64,000 nucleotides of DNA from Tricharina praecox. Taxonomy: Eukaryota. The first letter of the stretch is position 1. Every line of letters starts with the position of its first letter. The position numbers and the translations under genes are program-made. The DNA lies in assembly GCF_024521635.1 (NCBI RefSeq), contig NW_026250433.1, forward strand, positions 248,001-312,000. The letters are read 5' to 3'. Below, one piece after another: positions 13,001 to 25,939 of the stretch. Under the pieces are notes generated by a model. It searched no databases. It worked only from the letters and a program-made list of their open reading frames with translations, and was not told the DNA's origin.

Positions 13001-14925
13001 CCGTCAAAAAATTATTGACCGCTACCACACGCATAATGAAGACTTGACCCTGCCTCGCTATGCCGCATGACTCGGATCGGCTTCCCTTGTGGCTCAGCCT
13101 CGAAGTCTCCGGAACGGAAAATACTCCTGTCTGCCGATACATGGGAATCAAAACTTTCGAAGAGCCGATCGTCAAGGCACGATGAATTCGTCGGATATGG
13201 TCTTTTTTTTGTTCATTCATTGATTGCGTGCGACCTATCTAGATCATGGCAATATCTACCCGTTCGCCCCCCCGTTTCCCCGCCACTGTCCAACCCAACT
13301 TTCATCAGGCGGCCCGATGTGGCTTTCCCTACCCCCGCCGTGGCCTGTCCCGAAGATGTATGAGCGCACCAAAGAAATGGCACTAGGAAAAGGCAACTTC
13401 TACTCCCTCGACTCATCCCTGCCTCACCGCCTCAACCTCAGCACCCTCCTCCTCCTCAACTTCGTCGGATATGGAGGGGCAACACTCATGCGCGGTCACC
13501 CGATCGTCGAGTGATATCGAGTGAATCAAAAGGGCAGATCTTACCGGTGGAGACTTTCATTAAACGGCAGTCTTTTGGGCTACTCTGTCATCATTTCCGT
13601 GAGATGATCTACGCGATTTTGTTTTTCCGGCGCCGAATGTCTGTGGGCGGAAGGGAGGGAGGGTCTTGACCCTCATAAGACCGTACCCAATGGTCGATGC
13701 TGCCATGGGTGTTGATTATTGCGGGCATAATAAGTTGTGAACCAGGCAGATCACACCGGTATGAAGGGCAATTACAGCGAACACGCCTGGCATTCGATAT
13801 CGGCTCCCTCGAAGGCCAATAAGTGGGCCGTTGGCGGCTGTCAGAACTAGTGACTGGCGCGAAGTGGCGCTTGAGGGCTCCTAGGCACCTCCTACATTGC
13901 ATATGTACCTCTCAGCTCGTTCGTGTGCGATTGCGCCCGTGGCGAATCACGGTGGGTCATCGGCTGTTGATGTGGCCTCTGCTTGCCTCCGTCTTCGAAG
14001 GAGATAGGTGTCAGATACATATCCATATCCCTCCTCCGTAGCTGAAACCCATGATCCAACATGTACATTAACATGCTAGAGTAGGTACTTACGTACGGCA
14101 TAGTAGAGTTCCCACGTCTGCCCTGTGCCTCCGGTAATTTGATGCATGAGGCAAGTACTCGCACGGCGCCCGCAACGCATGATTGGGTGCAGTGCAGAGT
14201 CAGACAGATTTAAAAGCAATGTGGAAGAATATTTCGTGGTTTGTTGGCCAGCAGGGGTGGGCCGGTGTTCTAAGCAAGTAATCCCAACCTTCAGATGTTG
14301 TCAACTGGCGATAAACCTTCCCCCCGCCCCTTAGCGGCACAGGCCAGCCAGCCAATATTATTGTTCCTTAGTTACGCCTTTTTCTGCCCATTACTCTATC
14401 GACGACCTCTTCCGCACACACACCGACACCGACACTCGACACCATCCCGCCGTCGCAGAAATCTTTAGTGCAAATCGGCAGCCGCTCGACGCCGCTGGAC
14501 CTCCTCACTCGGCGATATCGGATTCTAGAAGGGTTGTGGCGGAGTGTGCAAGACGAGCGGAGCGATCGAGAGCTTGAAGCTGGTCCCACACTAGCTGGTC
14601 GAGCGGAGCCGCATCTGCAAGCAGCAACAGTAGCAACAACAACAAGCAGTCGCAAGCCTGAGCCGTCAGACACGAACAACTCCGGGAGTTCATTCGGCAA
14701 CATTTCTACAATAAGCCTGGGAGGGAATTGAGCTACCGCCGCAGTTTTTCCCGGGGCCTGCAATGACGATACGATCATCTCTTGTTCCCTCAGACACATT
14801 TGCGCGGGTTCGTTGAACGGGTTGCTCTGCCGCTGCTCTCTCCATCGCTCTCGCTTCGTCTTTCTCTCCCACCATCACCTCAACAATTCCACTGCTGGTA
14901 GGAAGCCGAGACCTATTATATACAT

Positions 14926-17900
14926 ATGATGCCAGCCTATACTCCCTTACAAGCACGACCGAGCGATCGACCCCGGACACCATCGAATCGGCCCGCCAGC
15001 CGGGCCGGGAGTGTGAGCCGCCCAGGAACATCACACTCGACGCATTCCTCCCACGAAAATGACCAGCCTTCGACTTCAACTCCGTCGTCATCGTCGTTGG
15101 CGTCGGCATTGCCGGACTATGTATGTCGGTCCTCTCCAGCGAGTGGAGGGGTGAGGAGGTACTGACGCTCGAGTCGAGACTCTAGGAGATTGCCTCGGGA
15201 AGGGAGCGTTCGGATCGGTTTATCGGGCACTCAATTGGGGAACTGGGCAGACGGTTGCGGTGAAACAAGTGCGACTGTCGGACTTGCCGAAAAGTGAACT
15301 GCGTGTGATTATGGTGCGTTCCTGGGGCCCTCCGTTCTGCACTTTGTGTGGGTGTTGTTGTTCGGTTGGTTGTGTATGAGGGACTATTTCTGACTTTCGG
15401 GTGTCTCGCTTCACCATCTCGCCAATAGCTCGAGATCGATCTACTCAAGAACCTTAATGTACGTACGGTCGTTACCGGCGGGTCAATTCAGCCGAGCCGA
15501 GGAAGGGGACGAGGAAGAGGAAGAGGAAGAAGGACCGTGCTGACAGGACAACCCCTTCTTGTCGTGTTGTAGCATCAGAACATTGTGCAATACCATGGTT
15601 ACTCGAAAACGGCGGATTCTCTCTACATTATTTTGGAGTACCACTCCCCACTTCCGAGCGCTACGGCATATACAGGAGTAGAAGGAGGAGGAGGCATAGC
15701 CATATGCTGACCGCGCACGAAATAGGTACTGCGAAAATGGCTCCCTCCACAGCATTTGTAAGAACTTTGGAAAGTTCCCCGAGAACCTGGTGGGAATCTA
15801 CTTGACGCAGGTCCTACACGGCTTGCTGTACCTGCACGATCAGGGTGTTATCCACCGTGATATCAAAGGTGCAAATATCTTGACTACGAAAGAGGGGCTG
15901 GTGAAATTAGCGGACTTCGGTGTTGCTACGAGGGCTACCGGACTCAGCGACTCTTCGGTTGTCGGAACGCCGTACTGGATGGCTCCCGAGGTAATCGAGC
16001 TTGCGGGAGCGTCCACGGCATCTGATATCTGGTAAGCAGCGCACCTCCGGAAGACGAAGGAAGCTGATCTAACGAGAGAAAAAGGAGTGTAGGATGTACA
16101 GTCATAGAACTTCTTGAGGGTAAACCGCCGTACTACAAGCTGGCGTCCATGCAAGCATTGTTCCGAATAGTCAATGATGACCATCCGCCATTACCGGAAG
16201 GTGTATCGCCGGTACGTAGAATTGTGGGCAACCGGGTGCACCACACATGGCTGAATGTGTTACTCCATCTAGGCTTGTCGGGATTTCTTGATGCAGTGCT
16301 TCCAGAAAGATCCAAATCTTCGCGTCTCCGCACGGAAACTACTCAAACATCCGTGGATAGTCAATGCAAAGAGAATCGATTCAGTTGTGCGGGCTTCCTC
16401 TACAACGAATTACGATGAAGCAGTGAAGAGTGTCCAGAAATGGAACGAGGCATTGAGATCGCCAAATACTAGCTCGTCAAAGAGACCACCCAGGCAATCC
16501 ATAAGTCCCAGCCAACGGCGACTTGGTGGCGAGTTCTCGTCAGCCCCCGGCAAGGGCCCTTTGGCTCTCCCAAGGTCACGGCCCAACACGGAAGCTTTTA
16601 TGTCCCCTGAATCCGCAGGTAATGGCATCTTCCTGGCACTCGTTCACGGTTCAACTTGACTGACGTGCCTAGACGATGACGACAATTGGGACGATGATTT
16701 TGCGTCTGTGTCTGTTATCTCTCCGAGTATCCTCCAGTTCCCTCGCAAGCCAGCAATGCAGCCTCGGGTTAGGTCCTTAGCGTCTGCCGAACGGCTTAAA
16801 TCTTTCGCAACGAATGATGGGGCGAACGAGAGCTGGGACGATAACTTTGAAGGCGACCTAACCGTCAGATGTGGGACGGCCAATCCTCCGCGGAGTCCGC
16901 TTAAGAAAGCCTTTGAGGAGGACGATCCAATGCAGACAATACGACCATACTCGCAGCCACGCCGGCAAAGCGAACCCGAACACGGCATTGATATTCCAGA
17001 CTTACCGATCTCGAGAAATTCTGGTTCTTTCCCCACGCCGGAGGGATCTCCGCCGAAGCATAGGGTCCTGAAGCAGAAGAAGAAGTTCATCTTGCCTTCC
17101 ACGCGGACCGTATCAGCAATACAACGTCCGTCGTCAGCATTCCGGGAGGACGCCTTTGAGGACTACTCGGATTTCTCATTCAATGAGTCTTCTTTTGAAA
17201 AGAAGGTGGATCTGATGATGAAGGATGCATCGCTCAGTCCTCGACTGTTTCACCCATCCGACCTCAAAAACAGCTTGCCGCGCTCAACCACATCCTCACA
17301 AAACGGAGGAAGCTTGAGACGATTACCGGCAGCGTTTGGAGATACGGAGAAGGAGACACACAGGATGCGGAGGACACGGTCAACACTGGAGATTCAACGG
17401 TTTGCGGAAACAGACGGGGAAGAGGACTATTCGGATATCTTTGGGGGAGATGAAGGCAATACGGATGAAGCGGCCTCGGAAACCAGCGGCGGCGACGACC
17501 AGAAGAGTTTGATGCTCAACAGCAAACTCTCGAACAATTCGTGGCTGGGGGATGAAGCGGATGAGGACGACCCATTTGCGGAGTTGGAGGAGGGGTTCGA
17601 CGAGATGGACTTGGACGCAAATATCGCGAGAGACAAGTACGCGAGATTGTGCTCACAAATCGATAGTCTTGTTAGCTCCCTGAAGACCACCCAAGTGGAG
17701 GAGGACCTCGAGGAAATATCTTCACAACTCATGGAAATCTTGTTGGATTCGCCCGAGACTAAGGATAATGTCATCAGTGCCCACGGAATGCTGCCGATTC
17801 TGGAGGTGCTCGAGACGTGCCAGACCGCAGACGTTATCCTGAAGCTTCTCAAGATTGTCAATGCTGTGAGTATTGACTAGTTTATGTACCTTGAGATTTG

Positions 17901-19865
17901 GCATGTGTACTGATGTTCGTTCGCAGCTCATATTCGACGACGTTGAGGTGCAAGAGAATCTGTGTTTCGTAGGCGGAATTCCCATCATCACCAAATTTGC
18001 TTCGAAGAAGTACCATCCACACATCCGACTGGAGGCCGCAGCTTTCGTACGCCAGATGTACCAGACTTCGATCCTCACGCTGCAAATGTTTGTCAGTTGC
18101 GGTGGATTGAATGTTCTGGTGGAATTTTTGGAGGAGGACTACGAGGCCCAGAAAGACCTTGTACTGATCGGTGTCAATGGGATATGGAGTGTTTTCGAAA
18201 TGCAAGGCCCCACTCCGAAGAATGACTTTTGTCGAATATTCTCGAGGAGTTCAGTTCTGCAGCCCCTCTCGATCGTGCTGAGCCATCTGCTCGACGAGGA
18301 TGGAGAACTGTCGGACCTGTGTGTCGAGCGCGTTGTCAATATCTTCTACCTCTTTTCGCAGGCGGAAAATCATGTCAAGGAGATGGTTGCTGATCGCATT
18401 GTTCTGAAGCGTAAGTCCTTTTCAGCTGCCCCTCCAATTGGTGTTTGCTGATGAGTCCGGATTTCCAGGAGTGCTGAAGGATCTGGAACGAATGGCTCCT
18501 GCTCACCAGGTGGTCATGCTCAAGTTCATCAAGAACCTCTCCATGCTGTCGTCAACGCTAGAAACATTACAGAACTCGAATGCGATCGAAGTTCTAACAG
18601 AACTACTGGACAGAAGCCGGACGGCAGCACACTTCAAGGAGATTTCGAACCAGGTATTAAATACCATGTACAACCTTTGTAGGCTTAGCAAGTCCCGGCA
18701 AGAAGAGGCTGCTATGAATGGAATCATTCCAGTCTTGCAGAGTATTGTCCAGACAGAACGGCCGCTCAAGGAGTTTGCACTTCCTATTCTGTGCGACATG
18801 GCGCATTCCGGAAAGAGGTGCCGCAGACTGCTGTGGCAGAACAAGGGATTGGAGTTCTACATTTCCCTCCTTTTGGATCCGTACTGGCAGGTTACTGCTC
18901 TCGATGCTATCTTTGTGTGGCTACAAGAGGAGACCGCACGGGTGGAAGAGAAGCTTCAGAGCCCGTCGTCCATCGATGCGCTTGTGAGGTGCTTTACCAC
19001 GTCGAAGACAAACGCCTTTGAGAATACTCTCGAGCCCCTGCAGAAACTCCTCCGTCTAAGCCCACCGATCGCCCACGCCGTCGGCCGCCGCGAGTTCTTT
19101 GCTCGCATCGTCCAGAAGCTCGGCCACAACAAGGCTGTGGTCCGACTCAACCTCCTTAAAATCCTGACCACTATCTGCGACGCCAGCGAGCAGAAAGAGG
19201 CATTAATCCGAGAATACGGCATGTACCCGATCGTGCACCGCGTCTCCGAGCGCGACCCCGCAGTGCTAGTCCGCAACATGGCTAGCGAGCTCGTCAAAGC
19301 CTGCAACGAGCGTGCCAAGGGCCACAGCATCCACCTCCCCCGCCGCCGGCAATCCCACGCCTCGGGCGTCGGCAGCAGTGTCCCTTCAGCATCCGCCGTA
19401 CAGAGCAACCGCCGCCATGTCTCCAACCTGTGGGACACCAATGCATCACTCGACATGGCACTCGGGCGTCCAGGAAGCACACGTAGCAACCGCAGCAACA
19501 GCAGCAGCGGTCTCAACAGCGTATCCTCCGCCTCCTCCGCGGGATCTAGAACACCTCAGCCAGGCACGCCCCAGATCTCGCGGCTACGCCTGAGGAATAG
19601 CCACAGCGTGCTCGGCCTTCGCCACTCCTCGAGCGGAAGCGGGGTGCTCCCTTCATCGCCGCTGCAAACCGCTAGCAGCAGCAGCAGCCTCGACACCACC
19701 AGCAACGGCCTGAGCCATAGCCCCAGTTCGGGCGGCGTCAACGGACGGTACCGCGCTGCTAACAATTACGTGCCGAGAAGGCACCGGGTTAGTGCCGCCG
19801 CCGCAGCGATTAATAGTGCTACTGCTGGGCAAGAACTGAACCTGAAGGACTGGGCGGAACGATGA
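14926..19865 (+). CDS. sepH: Septation initiation network kinase SepH/Cdc7/Cdc15
   Basis: [42 protein letters not shown]-terminal ARM-like region ([23 protein letters not shown]); about 9 exons. Confidence 0.95.
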
Positions 19866-20513
19866 AGACACTGTCTTTGCTTCAAGTTGGCTTTGGGAGG
19901 GGGTTGTTTATCGGACTGGTCTGGCATGAACAGATGGCAGGACGAAAGAGGCGGGGGTGAGATGGGATGAGTGTGCTACTCTTGTATACGCTTCACCTTT
20001 TCTTTTCTTTTTCTTTCTCTATATCCTCATTACTGTGTGTTTCCTTGGCTTCGTTCTGTTTGTCATGGGTGCGTTTTTTTTCCTACGTTTCCTTTCGGCG
20101 TGACGTGTATGAAGGGTGTTTCGTTTCAATTGGGAGGGGGATGGGGATGACACGATACGAGGGCATAGAACGGCAGGCAGGCAGGCGATGGGGCGATGAA
20201 GACAGAGATGATCAGATGAGATCAAATGAATGAGAATGCCATCTTATATGCAAGCACGAGTGACTGTAACATGGGAGAAAGCGTAGCTTGTGGTATCGGT
20301 TCGCATATCTCTAACTACACCCACCGCACACATCTACTCTATTTCATACAACATTGTGGTGAACAAAAAGAAAAGGAATCTAAACAAGAAACAATAAAAG
20401 CGCTATGTTGAAAGAAACATGGGACATTATCCACCCATAATGTTGAAATCGGGTAAGAATCGAAAACAGAAAGGAAAACAGAAGCCATCATCCATCTGGA
20501 CCACTATATACAG

Positions 20514-20539
20514 CCCCCCCCCCCCCCCCCCCCCCCCCC
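20514..20539. repeat. Poly(C)26 homopolymer (G26 on the minus strand)
   Basis: Directly visible, 11 nt downstream of the ABC1 kinase stop codon. Confidence 0.95.
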
Positions 20540-20550
20540 GCGGCACTGGC

Positions 20551-22559
20551 CTACGCCGACTCAATCCCCAGTAGGCCCTTCCAGAACAACAAGCTCTCAA
20601 ATGTCTTGAGCTTCAGCTCTACTCGCCAATAGTACCATACCGCACCAATCCAGCGGATGAGGTTGCCATTGCCAAGGATTCCACCGTGGGCATTGATGCC
20701 CTCGAGTGTCTCCTCGTAGACGGCGCGCGCGCAGTACCGTGCCATGATCAAGAATGTTCGCTCGGGGCCCTTGCCGGTCTGCAGGTTCTCGTCTAGGGAG
20801 CGGGTTAGGTCGTTGGTTTTGAGAATCAGTAGGATCACGCTGGGGACATTGGCGAGAAGCTGGACGAGTTGGGCGAGGAGGCCGTCGGTCAGAGCTAGAG
20901 TCGGTGGTTAGCATCAATTACAAACATACAAGGAAGGTCAGCATACCTTCGGTGATAACCTTCTTCTCGTCCTCGTCCCTTTGCGTCGCCACTCCCTTAG
21001 TCAGAGCAATATAATCCCTCCCGGTGATGGCACTGGCAAACAATGGAAACTGTTCCTCGGTGACACCCGCGACCTCCTCCGCATACCGCTTCATCTTGGG
21101 CACATCCGAGTCAATCACCGCCAACCACAGCTTTGCATAGCTCCGTCTGAGGTCCTGTGGGATGTCCCGGTACAGTCCGTGGTCGTAAAGGATGATGTCA
21201 AAGTTGGTCGGCTTACGACGGTCGTTGTTAACGCGGATCGCAAGGTTTCCTCCGTGAGGGTCGCAATGAAGAGGTGCGCCGCTGCCGAAGATCATCTCGT
21301 TGAATATCCGCGCGAGAGAAGCAGAGACTTCGTCTCGGCAGATGTTGTTCTTGTCGAGGTACTCGAGGTCGTCGAGACGTTTGCCGGGGATGTACTCCAT
21401 CACCAGGAGCCGAGGCCTCGCCCAGAGGACTGTAATTGTGTCAGCTATTGGTACTACCAGCAATTACACCGAGAGTATCCTACCATCGGGAACAACCAAG
21501 GGAAGATCCGGCGCCACACGACCAAAGTATTCTCGTACCCGTTTGATGTTCTCGGCCTCGAGCGAGAAGTCAAGCTCCTGGGGTAAACTATGCACACTTA
21601 GAACACATGTAGTAATTGAGAGGAGGCTGCAAAACCTACGAAGCTTCCATCTCATCGCTCAACCAGGTCAACGGGTATTCGGGGAAGAAGTATTTGATGT
21701 TTGTGAAGGTAAATTTCGTCAATGCCATATCGAGCGGGATCCATTCAGCGAGCGCAGGGTGCTGCAGCTTTACAGCGACCTCTCTCCCGCCCTTTACCGT
21801 CGCCCGGTGCACCTGCGCCAACGACGCAGCTCCAAGGGGCACCGGATCAAAGGTCTCAAACAGCTCCTCAACCGTCTGCCCAGTGTCGTCCAAGATCATC
21901 TTCCGGATGCTCTCCATGCTGCTGACAGGGCAGCGATCCTGCAGCGGGATAAACATAGTCGTCCATTCCTCCGGCAGAAGATATCCCATTGCCGCTAGAT
22001 GCTGTCCAAGCTTGACGAAAACACTCCCGTTCTTCTCGAGCACGACGTACGTTCTGCAAGCCCGAATCAGCCCACCACCGCCCCTTTACCTCCGACGTCT
22101 CCGTATTTGGATAGACCAACCTTTTCGCACACCGTATATGACACGCCGATAGTAGTCCGTTCGTATCCGCCGGATCATCCTCGAGGAGCTTCAACGTCGA
22201 CCGGTAACTATCCCCCCGTCAGCACACACCCCTTCGAAGCGACACAGCAATGCCTACTCTTGTATGTTGAGAAATAGCGTTTTAGCCACTCGTAACGCTC
22301 TTTCCGTAGCATTCAAGTAGTGCTTCCCATCCATCCATCCCACCGCAGAGGCACCCACCACTCCCGTGCCCACAACCGCCAACAGAATCGCTCTCCGCCG
22401 GCTCTTCGTTCTAGAGCTGGTTTGTAGAACGGTGCTCGGAAACCGTCGCGGAATCGTCGACGATATGCATCTTTTGCAGATCCACGGAGTTGTTGTCGTG
22501 GCGGAGGTGGTGGCACGTGGGAGAAGTGTTCGGGAGAGAGGACCTAGGAGGCGCATCAT
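20551..22559 (-). CDS. ABC1/UbiB atypical kinase, ADCK1/Mcp2-like, mitochondrial
   Basis: VFVKLGQH, AASLAQVH, VAVKLQ, ELDFSLE, HCDPHGGN, LYDHG motifs; N-terminal presequence; 6 exons. Confidence 0.93.
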
Positions 22560-23287
22560 GGGCGTGTGGACATGCAGCCGAGAGGGGTGAGAATTGGAAG
22601 GACGGCGGATTATATAGGTGGGCGGCAGTACACACAGACAGATGAGACAGCCAGATGAATAGATATCTAGGCCGATGGTAGGTGTGGTTAAAGGGACTCT
22701 TGTAGAGGAATCCAAGGAAAGACAGACAGCTCCTCAACTTTTTGGCGAAAGGCTTTACTAGACCCCATTGAGAAATTGCTGGCACCTGAGCCGCAACTTG
22801 TTGAGTCGGGGTCTCGTCTGGGGGCCAAGATATTATCTCATGGACTGGCATTCGGCATTGCCTTTCTGGGCTCTTCTTTCCGTCTCGTCTGCGTCCGATT
22901 ACATACATCCTCGAGTAAGGACTCTTTGTTGAGAGATGCCGGTAACAATGACGATGATAGGTACTCTACTGGTGGCTCCATAGAGGGAAGAGCGGAATAT
23001 TGACAGCACTCCCGGAAGACACTTTGCTTTTGTCGGGCCAGAGTGGCCCTCACACGAAGTCACCTTTTGCCGGCCACCAGACATCACACTCGAACTCTCG
23101 TGACGATTTGCATACTGCTCTCATGTAACCTCTTCATCTTGTATCTGCCACCATGCAGAGCGCGCAAGCAAGATAATCCCAAAGACGCCGTTCGTAGACC
23201 ATTTCCTCCCCACAAAAAAAAACAATAAGTCAAACCCAAAAACACCAGATAAAACTTTTGTGCCGTCAAACAACCACACCCAGATGT

Positions 23288-24168
23288 CTAAAACCTCTCC
23301 TTCTGCCTAGCCGCCACATTCCTCAGGTTACCATACACCTTTCCGGGGGGACTTCCGAGAATCAGGTTGACGACCGAAGTCCTGGCCATCCTGATATTCT
23401 GGAAACCGCCAAGAATGTGAATCTTCTGATCGGCCAGCACGATACGGGTTTTTGTGGTATTCTCGATCGCGAACTTGGTCTTTCCGTCCTTTCCAGCGAT
23501 ACGACCGATCGCACGCGCCAAATGCTCTCCGGTCAGCGTCTTGACATCCTTGATCTCGAATGTCTCGATGTACAGATCATCTAGACGCAGTAGCGCGATC
23601 GCATCGTCGACATCGAAGCCTAGCGAGAACGCCTTGACGAAATCCGCACCCTTCTGCAGCGCACCGGTGTCTACCGTCTTCTTCGACGTCCGTAGCTCAA
23701 CCGCCTTGTCCTTGAGGTTCATGCGCACCTGCAAGAGAAGGTGCTCGACGAGTGGCGGGAACATCTTCGGCCAGGCGGCTTTGAGAGGCGTCATTCGGTG
23801 TGGCGGGATGGGTACCTTCCGGCTCTCTTGGGTGACTGCTCCTTTCTGCGCACCGTGTCAGAATCTAAGTTCGCCTCAGGACCAAGGTATAGGGCGTACC
23901 GTCTTCTGAGCAGGCGCAAAGCGCGGCCGCCCCTCCTCGTCAATCTGCAAAACAGCATCCTGTTGTACTTGGTTAACAGGGTTGACTCCTCCGGTCTCGA
24001 GCGACGGCATGGCGGTCTCGATCATGATCATTTCATCGTCGGCTGCGAACCGTGGTCAGACGCTTCTCTGCCGCAAGGGAAGATGTGCTTCAAACCTGAG
24101 TGGTCCGGGATAGAGACATCCTCGATCTCCACGGGCGCGGGCTTCTGTAGGGCAGTTGGTGCAGGCAT
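23288..24168 (-). CDS. PNO1: Pre-rRNA processing KH-domain protein Pno1/Dim2
   Basis: RAIGRIAGKDGKTKFAIEN, LILGSPPGKVY; 2 introns. Confidence 0.95.
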
Positions 24169-24843
24169 TTTTTTCGTTTTTCGTTGGTGAAAGGTGGGAT
24201 GGTGGAGAGCTAGAAGCGAAAAGTTGTGTGGGGAGTTTATGGTATCCCACCACAAAATTGAAAACCCATCTGATAGCGATAAGTTTCACGAGTTGTCACT
24301 CGATCTTGACTTTAATGGTCCGTGGATATACATAGGGTTTATTTTTCGAGTCACTGTTCGCTGGCATTATGATAAGGTTTCAATTTCAAAATACTTCCAG
24401 TCACCGACAGGGCCAGGTCAGAGCCGTGTGATACCTAAAATCGAGCTTGACAGTCTGTCTTCCGCACAATATTTCAGCCCTCGCTGCCAACTTACATATG
24501 CGCACGTTCTAGCCCTGGGGACAATTCAGGATCGTCGGTCCAGCTCACCTGGATTTGCGCGTTTCCTCCCCATTATTCCTCACTAAATATAGCAACTCCG
24601 TAGCCGCGAACGCGATTTGCTTGATGAACTTGGCGACTACAGGCGTACAGCCGACATCCATTCGGTCGGTCCCAAGGGCGCCCATGAACACTGGGCAGTG
24701 CGAGGTTTCAACAAGTTCCACATCCTGAAGCTTTCGTGCAGCCATGACCGATCAATTGAAACCAACTCAAGCGATCGCTCTATCATAACCCCACATCCGT
24801 AACCCCCGCTGTTGTGCGATACACACCCAACCCAACCTCTCAC

Positions 24844-25483
24844 TCACAGACCCTGTCTCAACCGTTCCGCCAGCTGTTTCTTTCCAAACTCCCACGCATT
24901 CAACAGTCCCTTCTCAGACAAGTCAATGCCGCTGACCTGGATATCGTGTTGCGGCGGCCTTGAGACCCTCTGCACAATTGCTCCCGGATCTGTCTCCAGT
25001 ATCACACCATCATCCACAATCTCCTCGATCGCCAGTGCGACAAGATCGTAGTTTTCGATGATCGTTCGCTTGTCGGTAGAGTTTCTAAAGACGTTTCAAT
25101 TCCATCATTCCCGTACGTGCCTGCATAGCTCAAACTCACTTCAACAAAATCTGCAGCGTATCCCTCAGCGCCAGCACCACCTGGTAGAGCATCATCTCGT
25201 TCTCGTCCATGCCGCCGACGATGTACAGCATCACATCGCTTTCGGCCTTAAATACGACGACATGGCCGTCGTATAGGATGATGTCGGCGGTCGACTTGGC
25301 CGTCTTCTCTATCAGCCCCTTCTCGAAGGCCTTTTGCTCCTTCAGGGTCGGGTAAGGGTTCGAGGATGTCGCTATTGTGCTCGAGGTGTGCGGCGGGTAG
25401 TAGTATTTGGCGAGGATGCGCGTGCCGTCGGTTGAGAGGATTAGTAGCGCGTTGACGGAGAACAGAGAAAGGTGCGGAGCCAT
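24844..25483 (-). CDS. RET3: Coatomer zeta subunit
   Basis: RILAKYY, QKAFEKGL, ENEMMLY, then DKRTIIENYDLVALAIEEIVDDGVILETDP after one intron. Confidence 0.95.
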
Positions 25484-25939
25484 GGTGAAGGATATATAGG
25501 TGAGTAAGTATTCAGTGGTGGGGGGTGGAGGGGCGGTGGAGGGGCGGTGGATTTAGCGGAACTGGTAACTGGTTGTGTCGCGGAGAGCTCTGGGAAGCAA
25601 CCAGATCGACAGCGTTGCATGTGTCAGCTATCAGTTAGCATACCTGCTCAACTACAACCCTCTATTATACACGTCTTTGACACCTTTGCTGAGGCTGTCA
25701 ACAATCTCGGACAAATCATAATTCATTTATATAATACAAATGGCCAATTCCATCTGATCAGAGAATACATCCGATACCTCTTGGTCATATCGTGCCTGCC
25801 CCATAAACCTACCAAATATAAAAAGAAACCATAGTTCAGAGCGAGAATAAGGAGGTGCACAAAGAGCGCCGAGAAGCTTCTAGTATCAATAGATATGGTA
25901 TGTACACAAAAGCAAATAGGTAGATAGCAGACTCTTGCA

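Noticed and set aside
24623..24730. TGATGA...CTGA pair resembling a C/D snoRNA
   Set aside because: No properly registered terminal stem and no rRNA complementarity that I recognise.
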